DNA of 64,000 nt from a virus (lineage: Duplodnaviria; Caudoviricetes): positions 11,699-75,698 of IMG/VR virus record IMGVR_UViG_3300021431_000012; one strand, given 5' to 3'. Shown in pieces: positions 26,108 through 36,822 of this stretch. A model generated the notes under the pieces. It was not told the DNA's origin. It saw only the letters and a program-made list of their open reading frames with translations, and did not search any database. Position 1 is the stretch's first letter; each line of letters opens with the position of its first letter. The position numbers were made by a program, and so were the translations under genes.

Positions 26108-27391
26108 TTAAGCGTCTGCGGTGGCAATGTCCACTACAACGTGGTACGGCGACTCGGTGAGGACGGGTGCATAGCGACCGATAACGTCGGTGTGATAGGA
26201 CTTCAACATTCCATTCGGTGTGACCTTGTTAATCACATAGAGGAAATTCTGAACCTTTGCCAACGAGAACTGGATGCCGCTGTTGACCTCGCCCGACTGC
26301 ATGAGCTGAACGTCTGCGGTCTTTGCGTGAACAACAACACCTGCCATGCCAAGAGGACGGAGTACAACCGTGTTGGGCTTCCAACCACGAACCGTAGTAG
26401 TAGTGGTGATACCTTGGACGGTTTGCTGCTCGCGAACAATGCGAATCGGCGAAATCTTGGAAATCGGCGAACGGCTATATTCAACAAGTTGCTCCCATGT
26501 GATAGAAGAAACCTGCGTCGAGGACTGACCATTCTGAACGATAACCACCTTGTCCGTGCCATAAAGGGCAATGTAGCGATTGACCTCGGCAATGAAAGCG
26601 GCGTTCTTCAGAAGAACATTCACTACGGTATCCCAAGGAATATCCCACTCGAACGGAGTGCCATCAGGGATGTAATTAGCGTTCTTAAAGTCTTCCTCAA
26701 TCTTGCGCATCTGCTCGGGGATGTCGGCTGCGGCGGCTGTCCACACCGATGCGCCTGCGGTCTTGTAGTTGGCAAGGGGAATGTAGGCATTTTGGTTGGT
26801 GATAACACCGCTAAAGCCTTGTGTGGTAGCCGTACCACCGCCAACTTGTGTAAGTGCGGTTGTGTTGCTATAAGCACCACCACGCGAAAGAACCATAGCT
26901 GCCATGTTCGACAGGCGGAGGTTGTGCGACTTGATAAGGTCGGCAACGCCACGAACAAAGCCTACAACAAGATTTTGGTCGCTTGCGTTGAGTTCGCGAA
27001 GACGAGCCTGGAGTTCCAACTTGGACATAGACGTTTCGAAAAGACCCTTACCATACTGGTAGATAGAGCCCGTTTTCTCCGTCCAACCCTCGTTGTCAAG
27101 TTGCATCGTTTCGGACAGAGGAGCCATTGCGTCTGCCATAGGAATGGCGCGGTTGATGCGTTGGCGAACAGTCCATGCGGGATTCTTCTTGAGGTCGGCA
27201 AGTTCAACGTCATACTCGTTACCTTCTACGGCAAAATGCTCCTGCCAGAAGAAAGAATTCTCTTCGATTTCGATAGTGTTGTCAATAAGCGTCTGGAGGA
27301 AACCTACGTTTGTTCCGTCCATAAAGCCACGCTGATAGAGCTTTTCAATAGCCTCATCGGGTGTCCATGCGTATTTATAAGCGTTAGGCAT
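26108..27391 (-). CDS. Major capsid protein (HK97 fold)
   Basis: 427 aa, downstream of scaffold and decoration genes, strongly biased high-expression codon usage. Confidence 0.85.
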   Translation of the reverse strand: MPNAYKYAWTPDEAIEKLYQRGFMDGTNVGFLQTLIDNTIEIEENSFFWQEHFAVEGNEYDVELADLKKNPAWTVRQRINRAIPMADAMAPLSETMQLDNEGWTEKTGSIYQYGKGLFETSMSKLELQARLRELNASDQNLVVGFVRGVADLIKSHNLRLSNMAAMVLSRGGAYSNTTALTQVGGGTATTQGFSGVITNQNAYIPLANYKTAGASVWTAAAADIPEQMRKIEEDFKNANYIPDGTPFEWDIPWDTVVNVLLKNAAFIAEVNRYIALYGTDKVVIVQNGQSSTQVSSITWEQLVEYSRSPISKISPIRIVREQQTVQGITTTTTVRGWKPNTVVLRPLGMAGVVVHAKTADVQLMQSGEVNSGIQFSLAKVQNFLYVINKVTPNGMLKSYHTDVIGRYAPVLTESPYHVVVDIATADA

Positions 27392-27413
27392 ATTTTACTT
27401 CTCCTTTCTTTAA

Positions 27414-28076
27414 TTAAATCCAGAAAATGCCGTCAATGTAGGAACGGTTCTTGGCAAGAACGTACGAGGGGAGCGGCTGCATGCGAGCGACCCATGCTTC
27501 CTTGTCATGTACGGTGCTAATCGAGTAGTTGGCATTCTCGATACCATATCCCTCGGTGGGAAGGAGGTCGCGGTCTGCCTCAATGAAAGTGTTCGGGTTC
27601 TTAACGAGAACCTCGGCGGACTGGCTAGCGGCGGTTCCTGCTGCTTCAACAAGAATTGCACCAGCACTTGCGGTAAGAGCCGTGTCCGTGGTCACAACAA
27701 ACTTTGCGTTTGCTGCATCATAGCTTACTGCGGTCACCTTTGCCGACTGGCCAGTACCCGTAGCGGCGTTGGGTGCTACCATAAGGAGCATGCCAACCTC
27801 GGGTGCATCTGAATAACCGTCAGCCTTGATGTTGATTGTGGTGCTACTTGCGGAAATCACCTCGAACGAACGGAAGATGTAGCATCCTACGCCAGGCTTG
27901 TATTCTACAAGCTGAGCAGCCCACAAGTGACCAAATCCCTTGTTCGGATTAAGAATAGTGCCGCCGAGAAGCACGTTCTTGCGCGACTCGCCATTGCTAT
28001 CTTTAACCCAAACCCACTTACCACCACGCACCTTGCGCGATGTTTCAAAGAAATAGGCTAAATTTGTTACTTGCAT
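27414..28076 (-). CDS. Head decoration/cement protein
   Basis: Lies between scaffold and MCP; Ala/Thr-rich beta protein. Confidence 0.6.
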   Translation of the reverse strand: MQVTNLAYFFETSRKVRGGKWVWVKDSNGESRKNVLLGGTILNPNKGFGHLWAAQLVEYKPGVGCYIFRSFEVISASSTTINIKADGYSDAPEVGMLLMVAPNAATGTGQSAKVTAVSYDAANAKFVVTTDTALTASAGAILVEAAGTAASQSAEVLVKNPNTFIEADRDLLPTEGYGIENANYSISTVHDKEAWVARMQPLPSYVLAKNRSYIDGIFWI

Positions 28077-28098
28077 AAAATTAATAAATTGGTTTAAC

Positions 28099-28734
28099 TT
28101 AAACTTTTACCTTGGGAATCTGTCCGAGGATTTCTTCATCACGCTTGTTTGTCTGTTTCGGTGCTAAAGGCTTGATGTCACCAATGCTATCTTTGAAAAT
28201 CTCTTGAAAGCGAGTGGTTAGCTTCTTTGCTTGCTCCTCATCAGTTTCATCCAACGTGATTGCAAAGTCCGCTGCGTAGTTTTCAAGCGACTTGTGCAAA
28301 TCCTGTCGAACACGTTTCTTTGCCATTTCCAAAACCGACTTGTACTTGTCTTGTTTGCGTTGTGCATCCTTGAACTTTTCCAACTCATCCAATTTCTCCT
28401 GCAATTCTTTCGGAATTTTCGGTTCATCATTGTCTTTTTTCGGTTCTTTACTGGCTTTTTTGCTTAACTCCTCAATCTGACGCTTAAAGTCATTCTCTTT
28501 TGACTCAAAACTTGTTCGCTGTCTAGCAAGACCTTTGACTGCTGCGCTTCGTGCCGTGTCAAGATTAAATTTTAACTCGTCAACAATGCCATCGTCATCA
28601 ATTCCTGCGTCGGGATGCCTTTTTACAAAGAAATCCGCAAACTTGTCTTTAAAATCGTCCGTAAGGGTTTCGCTGTCGTAACTTCTCTCGTTACAATAGT
28701 CGTTTGCTCTCTGCAAAACTTCTTCTTTGGTCAT
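28099..28734 (-). CDS. Capsid scaffolding protein
   Basis: Charged coiled-coil; first gene of the head operon. Confidence 0.65.
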   Translation of the reverse strand: MTKEEVLQRANDYCNERSYDSETLTDDFKDKFADFFVKRHPDAGIDDDGIVDELKFNLDTARSAAVKGLARQRTSFESKENDFKRQIEELSKKASKEPKKDNDEPKIPKELQEKLDELEKFKDAQRKQDKYKSVLEMAKKRVRQDLHKSLENYAADFAITLDETDEEQAKKLTTRFQEIFKDSIGDIKPLAPKQTNKRDEEILGQIPKVKV

Positions 28735-28771
28735 AGTTCTCTCCTATTAAAAATAAAACAAAAAGTTTGTG

Positions 28772-28895
28772 CAAATATAGCAACATGCGTGCATCAAAAA
28801 GAAATAATGTGTTTGTTTCTTGTTTGGAATTAGTCTAAATAGTAAAACAAACAAACCAAATTTCTATATATAGCATTGTGTGCAATTTAACTTTG
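28772..28895. promoter_or_regulatory. Divergent promoter pair (head/tail operon leftward, terminase operon rightward)
   Basis: TATATTTG on the minus strand at 28779-28772; TAACTTTG on the plus strand at 28888-28895. Confidence 0.6.
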
Positions 28896-28937
28896 CATTG
28901 GAATAAAGTCACCATTGTAGTAAAAGAACATTTAGTT

Positions 28938-30704
28938 ATGGCTAGAAAGAAAAACGATATTGTATTAGCTCCCTTGGAGGATGGCAACCAAAAGTATGCC
29001 ATTCGCTCTAATGCAGACATCGTTTGCTTTACTGGCAACACTGGTGGCGGCAAATCGGTTGCGTTGTATTATGCGCCTGCTGGGTATCTAGCGCAAAACG
29101 ACAATGCAAAGATAGTTTGCTTTATGCGTAACATTAGTGACTTTTGGGGCGCAGGTAAGGTAAACGACACGCTAAAGAAAATGTACCCGTTGATTGATAG
29201 AACTATCAAGAAACAACCGCATGACCCTATTGGAGAAATCATTCGTAACCAAACCGACATGGGTATGAAATGGTACAATGGTAGTGAAATCAAATTCCAA
29301 CAACTTGACAACGAAAACCCAGTAGTCATTGATAAGATTGCAAAAGGTTTACAGGCAAAGAAACTTATCTTTGACGAATGCAATAAGTTTGAATGGCGCA
29401 CGGTAACATCATTCATGCCGCGTTTGCGTTCCGACGCTTCTGGCAAGGCGCAAATATATCTCGCCCAAAACCCTGAACGCGAATGCTTCTTGCGCACTCT
29501 ATGCGGAAAAGGCATTCATGGTGGCGGGTGGATTAATGATGATGGGTCTATTGATAAAAGCATGGACGGTGTTGTGATGTTCTTCAACATGCAAGATGGT
29601 GACCCAAACAAGACGTACTTCGGTAGAACAAAGAAAGAAGTTTACGAAAAATGCAAGGAACACATTGATTCCTTGATAGCTCACGACCCCGATATGTCAT
29701 ACGAGGACTTTATTCTTTCAATGGTCTTTTATTCCTTTGATGTTCGTGATAACAAGAAAATGTTGTCCAAGAACAAGGCATATCGTGGTCTTGCAGCAAA
29801 TTCTGCTACAGCACAGTCATCTTTTTCCGCTAATTGGAACTATTCCCTTACGGATGACGAGTACGAAGAAGAATCGGTAAATACACAAGTAACAACAACC
29901 GATATTGAACGAATGTTTGTCCCTAGTGAAATTCCACACAATTCGGAATTGCTAAAGCGATTCATGACGGTTGACATGGCAACCACTGGTTTTGACAATC
30001 TCGTTATGAAATATTGGGAACTATGGTCACATTACGGGTTCGTTTGTAAGGACATCAAATATTCGGTAAAGAATAGCAACCGCGAAGCCGTAATGATGAT
30101 AACCGATTTTAGAGATAGGCACGAACTACAAGAAAAGGAAATGATTCTTGATGTTCAAGGCTTTGGATTTCTTCGTGATTGCTATCCACGGGCAATGTGC
30201 TTTTCTGGCGCATCGCAACCAAGCAAACGTAGCAAGCAACAATACAAGACGTTGAAAGACGAGGCAGCACACATCGCAATGGAAATGATTCTTGGTGGTC
30301 TTGTTCATTACTCGCCAAATCTTGCCAACATGCGATACGTTCATCAAAACATGAAACGCGAGGGTGCTACATCTATTCTTCGTCACATGAAATTTGAAAG
30401 TGTTATATTCCAATTCGATAGGACACCAAACGGTCGCATCACGGTTCTTGAAAAAGAAAAGCAGAAAAAGCTATTAAAGGGAATGTCACCAGACCTTACC
30501 GACAACTTGATAATGCTTTGTGGTGCTACTTGCTATGATTGCTATCGCATGTTAAGGGATGATGCTGGTGTGGCAAGAAAAGCCCTACAATCGCAAGATA
30601 TGTTGTCAATGCTACATGTGGACACGGACATGGTAGATACGCGATTACAACGGAAAAGAATACGCAATGCAAGCGAAATATTAAATGTTTTAAGTAATAT
30701 ATGA
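28938..30704 (+). CDS. terL: Terminase large subunit
   Basis: Walker A GNTGGGKS, Walker B LIFDE, coupling motif LAQNP, RNase H-like VDMAT..FD...DLTD; start moved to MARKKND. Confidence 0.9.
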   Translation: MARKKNDIVLAPLEDGNQKYAIRSNADIVCFTGNTGGGKSVALYYAPAGYLAQNDNAKIVCFMRNISDFWGAGKVNDTLKKMYPLIDRTIKKQPHDPIGEIIRNQTDMGMKWYNGSEIKFQQLDNENPVVIDKIAKGLQAKKLIFDECNKFEWRTVTSFMPRLRSDASGKAQIYLAQNPERECFLRTLCGKGIHGGGWINDDGSIDKSMDGVVMFFNMQDGDPNKTYFGRTKKEVYEKCKEHIDSLIAHDPDMSYEDFILSMVFYSFDVRDNKKMLSKNKAYRGLAANSATAQSSFSANWNYSLTDDEYEEESVNTQVTTTDIERMFVPSEIPHNSELLKRFMTVDMATTGFDNLVMKYWELWSHYGFVCKDIKYSVKNSNREAVMMITDFRDRHELQEKEMILDVQGFGFLRDCYPRAMCFSGASQPSKRSKQQYKTLKDEAAHIAMEMILGGLVHYSPNLANMRYVHQNMKREGATSILRHMKFESVIFQFDRTPNGRITVLEKEKQKKLLKGMSPDLTDNLIMLCGATCYDCYRMLRDDAGVARKALQSQDMLSMLHVDTDMVDTRLQRKRIRNASEILNVLSNI

Positions 30705-32236
30705 TACGCGAACATGATATAAAATGGTTTTTGGAAAACCCCGAAAGGCTAATGGTAATGAAACCTTTCACCCGTGGCGGTAGCTTGAATAGTCACGGGT
30801 ACGAAGGTGGTGACATTAAAAACAATGCCTTAATTGAAACTGGTTTTGCCAACCTTACACTACACCCAATTTCGCAAGACACCTATATAACGGAATATAG
30901 ACCTGACTTGCACCACATCATTTTGAACAAGACAATTCCACACATCAAGGTCGTTCTTGATGGAATGGAAATGCCTGCAAACATGATGGAATTAACACAA
31001 ACGGCGGCATTCCAAAAGCTCATTCATTCGGCGCACACGCGAAACCTTACCGTCAACCCTCTTGAATTCAATCTTTGCAACATCAATCCCGATGATAGCG
31101 AAAAGCAAGTGTTTAGCGAAATTAAGCAAGAGTGGCTTTGGCGCGGTTGTGAGTGGAATCGCTACATGGCTATCAACACATGCAAGCAACTTGGTAATTG
31201 TGCCACATTGTTCTCTTATGACAAGCAGCAAGGTAGGTATGTTATTAGTGATTATTCATATGAAGATGGCTACCAAATCGTGCCAAACTATGACGAATAC
31301 GGACTTGAGGTTGCACGTTCATTGATTTATGAGGTGGACGGTCAACGCGTCATAGACACCTATGATGCAAAGTTCCATTATCGCACAAAAGAAAGCGCAA
31401 ATGGATGGGAAATCGAACGTGAGGTTCATGGTTTCTCGCGTTGCCCGTTGCTTTGCAAGCGCGGAAAGGTGGCATGGGAATATGCAGAAAGCACCATTGA
31501 AATGTGGGAACTTATGGCAAACATTCAAGCTATTGCCCTAAAGCGTTTCGGTACGTTTGCTTTGGTTCTTATTGGTGACATGGACACCGAATCATTTAAG
31601 CGCGATTCAAGCACTTTGGTCATCAACCTTTCTAGTGATACCACAAACGGCAAACAAGACGCAAAGATTTTGGATTTCCCAGAGCCGCAGACAATGGACG
31701 GCTACTTAAAGACGTTGGAAGAAAAGATTTCTTTGTTTAGTTCTACGTCATTCATCACGCCAAAAGATATTACAACGAGTAATAGTGGTGGTAATGGTAT
31801 TGCTTTGGCAATGTCTAACGACTATGCACTTGCCACACAAGGTGCGCTAGATTGGAAGAACTATGTGAACGAAATGGTTCGCCTGCACCAAGAGGGACTT
31901 GACCTAGAAACAAATGGTGTAAGCAAGTATGCACAGTTGAAGATTGGTGCAAACATCATTCCTTGGTCGCTTGAAACCAACAACACCAAAATTACGAACC
32001 TATCAATGGAAGGTGTTTACTTGTCAACGCAAACTATCATTGAAAGGTGTCCCGATGCAGCACCCGATGAAATTGATAGGGTCATGCGCGAACGTGGTGC
32101 TATCGTTACTCGTGACAATGCACTTGCGCAACAAAACGCAGACAAGGCGCATAATATTGCCGTGAATAGAAATAATGAGATTGTTGACAATATGACAAAA
32201 GTTGTTGACATTGAACCTGTAACAATTAATTCTTAG
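30701..32236 (+). CDS. Portal protein
   Basis: 511 aa directly after terL (ATGA overlap); SPP1-like helical pattern. Confidence 0.8.
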   Translation: MIREHDIKWFLENPERLMVMKPFTRGGSLNSHGYEGGDIKNNALIETGFANLTLHPISQDTYITEYRPDLHHIILNKTIPHIKVVLDGMEMPANMMELTQTAAFQKLIHSAHTRNLTVNPLEFNLCNINPDDSEKQVFSEIKQEWLWRGCEWNRYMAINTCKQLGNCATLFSYDKQQGRYVISDYSYEDGYQIVPNYDEYGLEVARSLIYEVDGQRVIDTYDAKFHYRTKESANGWEIEREVHGFSRCPLLCKRGKVAWEYAESTIEMWELMANIQAIALKRFGTFALVLIGDMDTESFKRDSSTLVINLSSDTTNGKQDAKILDFPEPQTMDGYLKTLEEKISLFSSTSFITPKDITTSNSGGNGIALAMSNDYALATQGALDWKNYVNEMVRLHQEGLDLETNGVSKYAQLKIGANIIPWSLETNNTKITNLSMEGVYLSTQTIIERCPDAAPDEIDRVMRERGAIVTRDNALAQQNADKAHNIAVNRNNEIVDNMTKVVDIEPVTINS

Positions 32237-32248
32237 GAGGGAACGCGT

Positions 32249-32608
32249 ATGGGATGGCTTGAATTTGGATTAAGTATTGCCACATTGGTTTTCGGAGGCG
32301 GTTGGTTTGTGTACTATCGAGCCAACAAAATGAAAGCCTATGGTGATGCTTGGGAATCACAACAACATGTGTACCAAAACACTATTTCCGACTTGGAGCG
32401 TTCTTGTGAGTTCATTCGTAATGATAGGGATTTGCTTCGTAGAGAAAATGAGGAACTTAGACGTGAAAATAGAGAATTGCGTGAAAAGATAAACCATCTT
32501 GAAACAGTGATTCTAGACATTCGCAAAGAAATGGCTAGGCAAGGAAGGCGCATCGAATCTCTCACAAATAAAACCAAGAAATCAAAGAAAAAAGAGGAGG
32601 AAGAATAA
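32249..32608 (+). CDS. Holin-like membrane protein (N-terminal TM plus coiled coil)
   Basis: LSIATLVFGGGWFVYY TM segment; coupled to the endolysin by a TAATG overlap. Confidence 0.45.
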   Translation: MGWLEFGLSIATLVFGGGWFVYYRANKMKAYGDAWESQQHVYQNTISDLERSCEFIRNDRDLLRRENEELRRENRELREKINHLETVILDIRKEMARQGRRIESLTNKTKKSKKKEEEE

Positions 32609-33051
32609 TGGAATTACTATTAAAAAGGATAGCACGCAAACCTACCTATACCATTGGCAACCTATATGTCAATGGAAAGAAAGTTTGTGACACGCTAGAA
32701 GACTATGATAGAATCCATTTTGGCGGCTCTAAAATCCCAGGAAAGACTGCAATCCCATGTGGGCGATACGAAGTGGTGTTGAACAACTATTCGCCCAAAT
32801 TCGGCAGCAAAGAGCCTTATCGCTCAATATGTGGCGGATGTGTGCCATTGATTAGCAATGTGCCAAACTTTGTTGGCGTGCGCATTCACATTGGAAACAA
32901 GGAAAGTGACACAGACGGTTGCCCGTTGGTAGGCTACAACAAAAGAGTCGGCATGGTTCTAGATTCGCGACAGGCATTCGCAATGCTTATGAACAAGTAT
33001 CTTACGCTAGCGCGTAATAGAAAAGAAAAGGTATATATAACAATAAAGTAG
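32608..33051 (+). CDS. Endolysin, DUF5675 family
   Basis: YTIGNLYVNG...CDTLED...KIPGKTAIP.GRY...GVRIHIGN...DTDGCPLVG. Confidence 0.8.
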   Translation: MELLLKRIARKPTYTIGNLYVNGKKVCDTLEDYDRIHFGGSKIPGKTAIPCGRYEVVLNNYSPKFGSKEPYRSICGGCVPLISNVPNFVGVRIHIGNKESDTDGCPLVGYNKRVGMVLDSRQAFAMLMNKYLTLARNRKEKVYITIK

Positions 33052-33052
33052 T

Positions 33053-33220
33053 ATGGCAAACGTAAGCAAAGCAAGGGTAAAAGGCACTACATACAATATT
33101 GTTGATAGTGGGCGTGGGCAAGCTAATGGCGTTGCCACACTAGATACAGATGGGAAAGTGCCAGTTGAACAATTACCAGATAGCGTTATACAGATGATGG
33201 AGGATATTTTTTATTACTAA
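33053..33220 (+). CDS. Small tail-fibre-like protein (55 aa)
   Basis: Manual translation; NGVATLDTDGKVPVEQLP matches NGVASLNASGKIPSEQLP in 34383-35189. Confidence 0.6.
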   Translation: MANVSKARVKGTTYNIVDSGRGQANGVATLDTDGKVPVEQLPDSVIQMMEDIFYY

Positions 33221-33234
33221 CAAAGTGAAAAAAC

Positions 33235-33552
33235 ATGGATGAACTTGATAGATATTGGATTGGCACAGACCTAAAATTTGCTTTTAGGGTAAAAGCAAAA
33301 AGTACACAGGAATTGTTGGATAATTTCGACATTTGGCTTGTGTGTGGCACAAAGAAAGAGCAAGTTGGTTCCGAAAATATCATTTACGATGATGAAAACG
33401 AACAACATGTTCTTCTTGTAGATTCCGAACGATTCCCTAGTGGCACACTTGTAATGGTCGTAAAAGCACGCGTCAATGATTCGGACTTTACGAGCGGAAT
33501 AAGACGCGAAGTAGGACGTATAGAACTTTGTAAAATCAAACACCCATGGTAG
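33235..33552 (+). CDS. Hypothetical virion protein (BppU N-terminal-like)
   Basis: GTDLKFAFRV pattern; located in the tail-fibre cluster. Confidence 0.55.
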   Translation: MDELDRYWIGTDLKFAFRVKAKSTQELLDNFDIWLVCGTKKEQVGSENIIYDDENEQHVLLVDSERFPSGTLVMVVKARVNDSDFTSGIRREVGRIELCKIKHPW

Positions 33553-33851
33553 AAATAGCTGGATGCCTTGCACTAGAACTCACGCCAATAGATAACGGAA
33601 TATCTATTGAAACGGAAAACAAAAATGGAATCGTTGTTGATGCGGAAAACATTGACAATGGTCTTATTGTCGTTCTAACAAAGCAACCAGACTTTCTTGA
33701 TATTGATGTTGAACCATTAAATAGCGGAATCATCATTGAAGCTGGCTTAATATGCGCAACATCATTGGGTGGTGACATGGAAGTTCTTTGGGTAATAGAC
33801 CAACCATTGCTCACAATAGATGGTGGTTATCTTCTTGTTAATAGAAATTAA
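33546..33851 (+). CDS. Hypothetical protein
   Basis: ORF track. Confidence 0.6.
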   Translation: MVEIAGCLALELTPIDNGISIETENKNGIVVDAENIDNGLIVVLTKQPDFLDIDVEPLNSGIIIEAGLICATSLGGDMEVLWVIDQPLLTIDGGYLLVNRN

Positions 33852-33861
33852 ATAAGCAGTT

Positions 33862-34359
33862 ATGGCAAAGGTAGGATATGAACTAGATAGAACGGGCGAT
33901 GATGTCAAACGATTGCTGGACAAGATTGACAACATGACCGATGATTTTGTACTCTTTCGTGGGTGCGGTGATAGGTGGATAGATAACAATCCGCAAAACG
34001 GGAAAGAAAGCTATTTCAACTTTTCCTATGACGAATTGCTTGCGCCTATACTAGAAAACAAGGTTGTGTGCTTGATGTGGGAGGATAAGGTTGACCATTT
34101 TATGCCGTCATTAGCTTATGCGTTCTACAATTCCTTTGGCTATAGTGGCATTAGCCTCATGCACAACTTGGGTGTGTCGGCAAAATTACGAGTTCAATTC
34201 CTTGCGCAAAATGATAACGCTATTTATGTCGAAAATGAATATGAGTTGAATCTTTTGGAGGAGGAGGTTGACCCAATGTTTGAGGATTGGTTTACTAATC
34301 ACCCAGAAATCGCTGATAAAGAATTGACTATTTCGGAAATCAAAGATATATTTAATTAA
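33862..34359 (+). CDS. Hypothetical tail-associated protein
   Basis: N-terminal YELDRTGDDVKRLLDKI is typical of Bacteroidetes fibre N-termini. Confidence 0.6.
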   Translation: MAKVGYELDRTGDDVKRLLDKIDNMTDDFVLFRGCGDRWIDNNPQNGKESYFNFSYDELLAPILENKVVCLMWEDKVDHFMPSLAYAFYNSFGYSGISLMHNLGVSAKLRVQFLAQNDNAIYVENEYELNLLEEEVDPMFEDWFTNHPEIADKELTISEIKDIFN

Positions 34360-34382
34360 ACATAATCAAAAAAACAAAGAAA

Positions 34383-35189
34383 ATGGCAAAGTACATTGGA
34401 AAATCGGGTTTAACCTATGCATGGACACAAATAAAGGCTTTTTTAGCCAATTTTGTGAAAATCACAGTTGTTAATGACGTGAAAACGCTTACAGTTGGCA
34501 ATGTGTCAGTGGTGATTGCTGGTAAAACATCACAATTAACCAACGATTCGGGTTTTATTACTATTGATGATGTGCCAGAAGGCGCATCTGCATCATCTAC
34601 TACGCCTAAAATGGATGGAACTGCTGCCGTTGGTACGGAAACTGCTTTCGCTCGCGGTGACCATAGACACCCAACGGACACCTCACGGCAAGCCGTCATT
34701 GACGACCTTGACACCATTCGTAGTGGTGCTGCGGCGGGCGCTACTGCTTACCAATTGCCGTCAACGGGTATTCCAGAATCTGCACTTGCAGATGCGGTTC
34801 AAAACAAACTTACGGCGGCTAGCAATGCTATTCCGTCAAGTGCAAAAGGCGCGGCTAACGGTGTTGCATCGCTAAATGCAAGTGGCAAGATTCCTTCGGA
34901 GCAGCTTCCGTCTTATGTGGATGATGTCATTGAAGCCTATGCCCGTAGCGGTCAAACGGAATTGTCGTCAACATGGCTTGCAAGCGATTCGGCTGGTTCA
35001 AGCGTTATCACACCCGAGTCTGGAAAGATTTACGTTCTTATGGCGGACTATCCAAATGCCACAAATCCAACCTATACGGCAAACACACAATTCCGTTGGG
35101 GTGGGTCTACCTACATCAAGCTAAATGATGGTGGCATAAGTGAAATGTCTACCGACGAAATGGATGAGGCGACAAACAATTGGACATAA
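34383..35189 (+). CDS. Tail fibre protein
   Basis: TPKMDGTAAVGTETAFARGDHRHPTDTS motif, SYVDDVIE motif. Confidence 0.7.
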   Translation: MAKYIGKSGLTYAWTQIKAFLANFVKITVVNDVKTLTVGNVSVVIAGKTSQLTNDSGFITIDDVPEGASASSTTPKMDGTAAVGTETAFARGDHRHPTDTSRQAVIDDLDTIRSGAAAGATAYQLPSTGIPESALADAVQNKLTAASNAIPSSAKGAANGVASLNASGKIPSEQLPSYVDDVIEAYARSGQTELSSTWLASDSAGSSVITPESGKIYVLMADYPNATNPTYTANTQFRWGGSTYIKLNDGGISEMSTDEMDEATNNWT

Positions 35190-35235
35190 CACCACGTCTT
35201 ATCCCGTGACTTAAAATTACAATAACAAAAAGTTT

Positions 35236-36114
35236 ATGGGAAATTTTATAGGACAAAATAGGCTCGCATACCTATGGGAGAAGACAAAGGGCACATTCGC
35301 CAAGAAGAGCGACCTGGAGGCCCATCCTACTGCAAGGGTCTACGTGGGTTCCTGCTCTACTACTGCTGCCACAAATCCGAAGATATGCAATGTTGAGGAT
35401 TTCCCTCTTGATGCTGAAGGCAAGCCACTTGTGGGTACGCTTATCTCCGTGAAGTTCTCTGCTACGAATACTTCGACAAGTACTACTCCACAGCTGAACG
35501 TGAATGACACGGGAGCCATCAGGATTTGGTATAACAATGCTGTACTGGCTGCTGCGAAGAGTGCTTATGCTGGCTATGCCAACAGGTATATCAACTATAT
35601 GTATGACGGCACATACTGGGTGTTCCTGGGGCATAGCACGGATAACAACACTACCTACTCGGCACTCACTCAGGCGAAGATTGATGCTGGAACTGAAACA
35701 ACTGGAAGGCTTATCTCGGCAGACTTGCTGAGGGATAACTTCTATACGGAGAGTGAAGTGGATGGTCTGCTTGCTTCAAAGGCTAACTCTAACGACTTAG
35801 CAACGGTGGCAACAAGTGGCAGCTATAAAGACTTGTATAATAAGCCAAAGCTTCTTGACTATTACCCAGAAACTGATGATGTTCCAAATGTAACATCTGT
35901 GGGTAGTGCTTCTACATGGAGCTTTGCAATGGGTACTGGTAATGATGAGCATACTCTTATTATTAGTGGTAGCAATGGTACTGCTCCAAGTTTAGGAGCA
36001 GCAAAAACAGTTGCTACAGGTAAACTTGGTAGGATAAGTGATGGGGCAATACCTGCTATGGTACGTATATATTCACCAAACGAAGTTCCTGCTTCTGGTG
36101 GTAGTAACGATTAA
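35236..36114 (+). CDS. Tail fibre protein
   Basis: CSTTAATNPK...VKFSATNT...LNVNDTGA...YDGTYWV module; LATVATSGSYKDL..KP motif. Confidence 0.7.
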   Translation: MGNFIGQNRLAYLWEKTKGTFAKKSDLEAHPTARVYVGSCSTTAATNPKICNVEDFPLDAEGKPLVGTLISVKFSATNTSTSTTPQLNVNDTGAIRIWYNNAVLAAAKSAYAGYANRYINYMYDGTYWVFLGHSTDNNTTYSALTQAKIDAGTETTGRLISADLLRDNFYTESEVDGLLASKANSNDLATVATSGSYKDLYNKPKLLDYYPETDDVPNVTSVGSASTWSFAMGTGNDEHTLIISGSNGTAPSLGAAKTVATGKLGRISDGAIPAMVRIYSPNEVPASGGSND

Positions 36115-36125
36115 ACAAGACTATT

Positions 36126-36776
36126 ATGGCATACTTAGATAAAATAAAAGTAAACAATACGAATGTAGATGTCCATGACAGTCGCATTCCTAATGAGCCA
36201 GTAACAAGTGTTAATGGTAAGACGGGTGATGTTACTCTAACAATTCCAACAAAGGTTTCTAAGCTGGAGAATGACAGTGGTTTTACTACGAATACTGGTA
36301 CCATCACTGGCATCACGATGAACGGTGTTTCCAAAGGAACATCTGGAAACGTGAATCTTGGCACTGTGCTTACTGAGCACCAAAGCCTTGCAGGTAAGCA
36401 GGATGTGATTAGTGACTTGGCAACTATCCGTAGTGGGGCAAGTGCTGGTGCAACGGCTTATCAGAAGCCTTCCACGGGGATTCCGAAGACGGACTTGGCA
36501 AGTGCCGTGCAGACGAGTCTTGGAAAGGCAGACACGGCGTTGCAGAGCCATCAGGACATCAGCGGTAAGGCTGACGTGGCTGCGCTGGCAGGCTATACGC
36601 CTACGGCTAACTTTGCCACTATCAATGGTGCAAGCATCACTGGTGGTGGTGACATCATCATCACGGCAGGAAGCAGTAGTATCACTACTATTGATGCTGT
36701 GCCGACGAAGAACAGTACGAACCCCGTGCAGAGTGGAGGTGTCTACGATGCCATTGAGGGGGGATTTTATTATTGA
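36126..36776 (+). CDS. Tail fibre protein
   Basis: VTSVNGKTGDV, PTKVSKLENDSGF, PTKNSTNPVQSGGVY modules. Confidence 0.7.
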   Translation: MAYLDKIKVNNTNVDVHDSRIPNEPVTSVNGKTGDVTLTIPTKVSKLENDSGFTTNTGTITGITMNGVSKGTSGNVNLGTVLTEHQSLAGKQDVISDLATIRSGASAGATAYQKPSTGIPKTDLASAVQTSLGKADTALQSHQDISGKADVAALAGYTPTANFATINGASITGGGDIIITAGSSSITTIDAVPTKNSTNPVQSGGVYDAIEGGFYY

Positions 36777-36822
36777 GTTAAGTGTTATTAGTTTGTGGTC
36801 TACTAAAAGAATATATTAAGAT

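Noticed and set aside
25931-27520. 529-aa plus-strand ORF
   Set aside because: Antisense shadow of the strongly codon-biased major capsid gene; no start context and no recognisable motifs.
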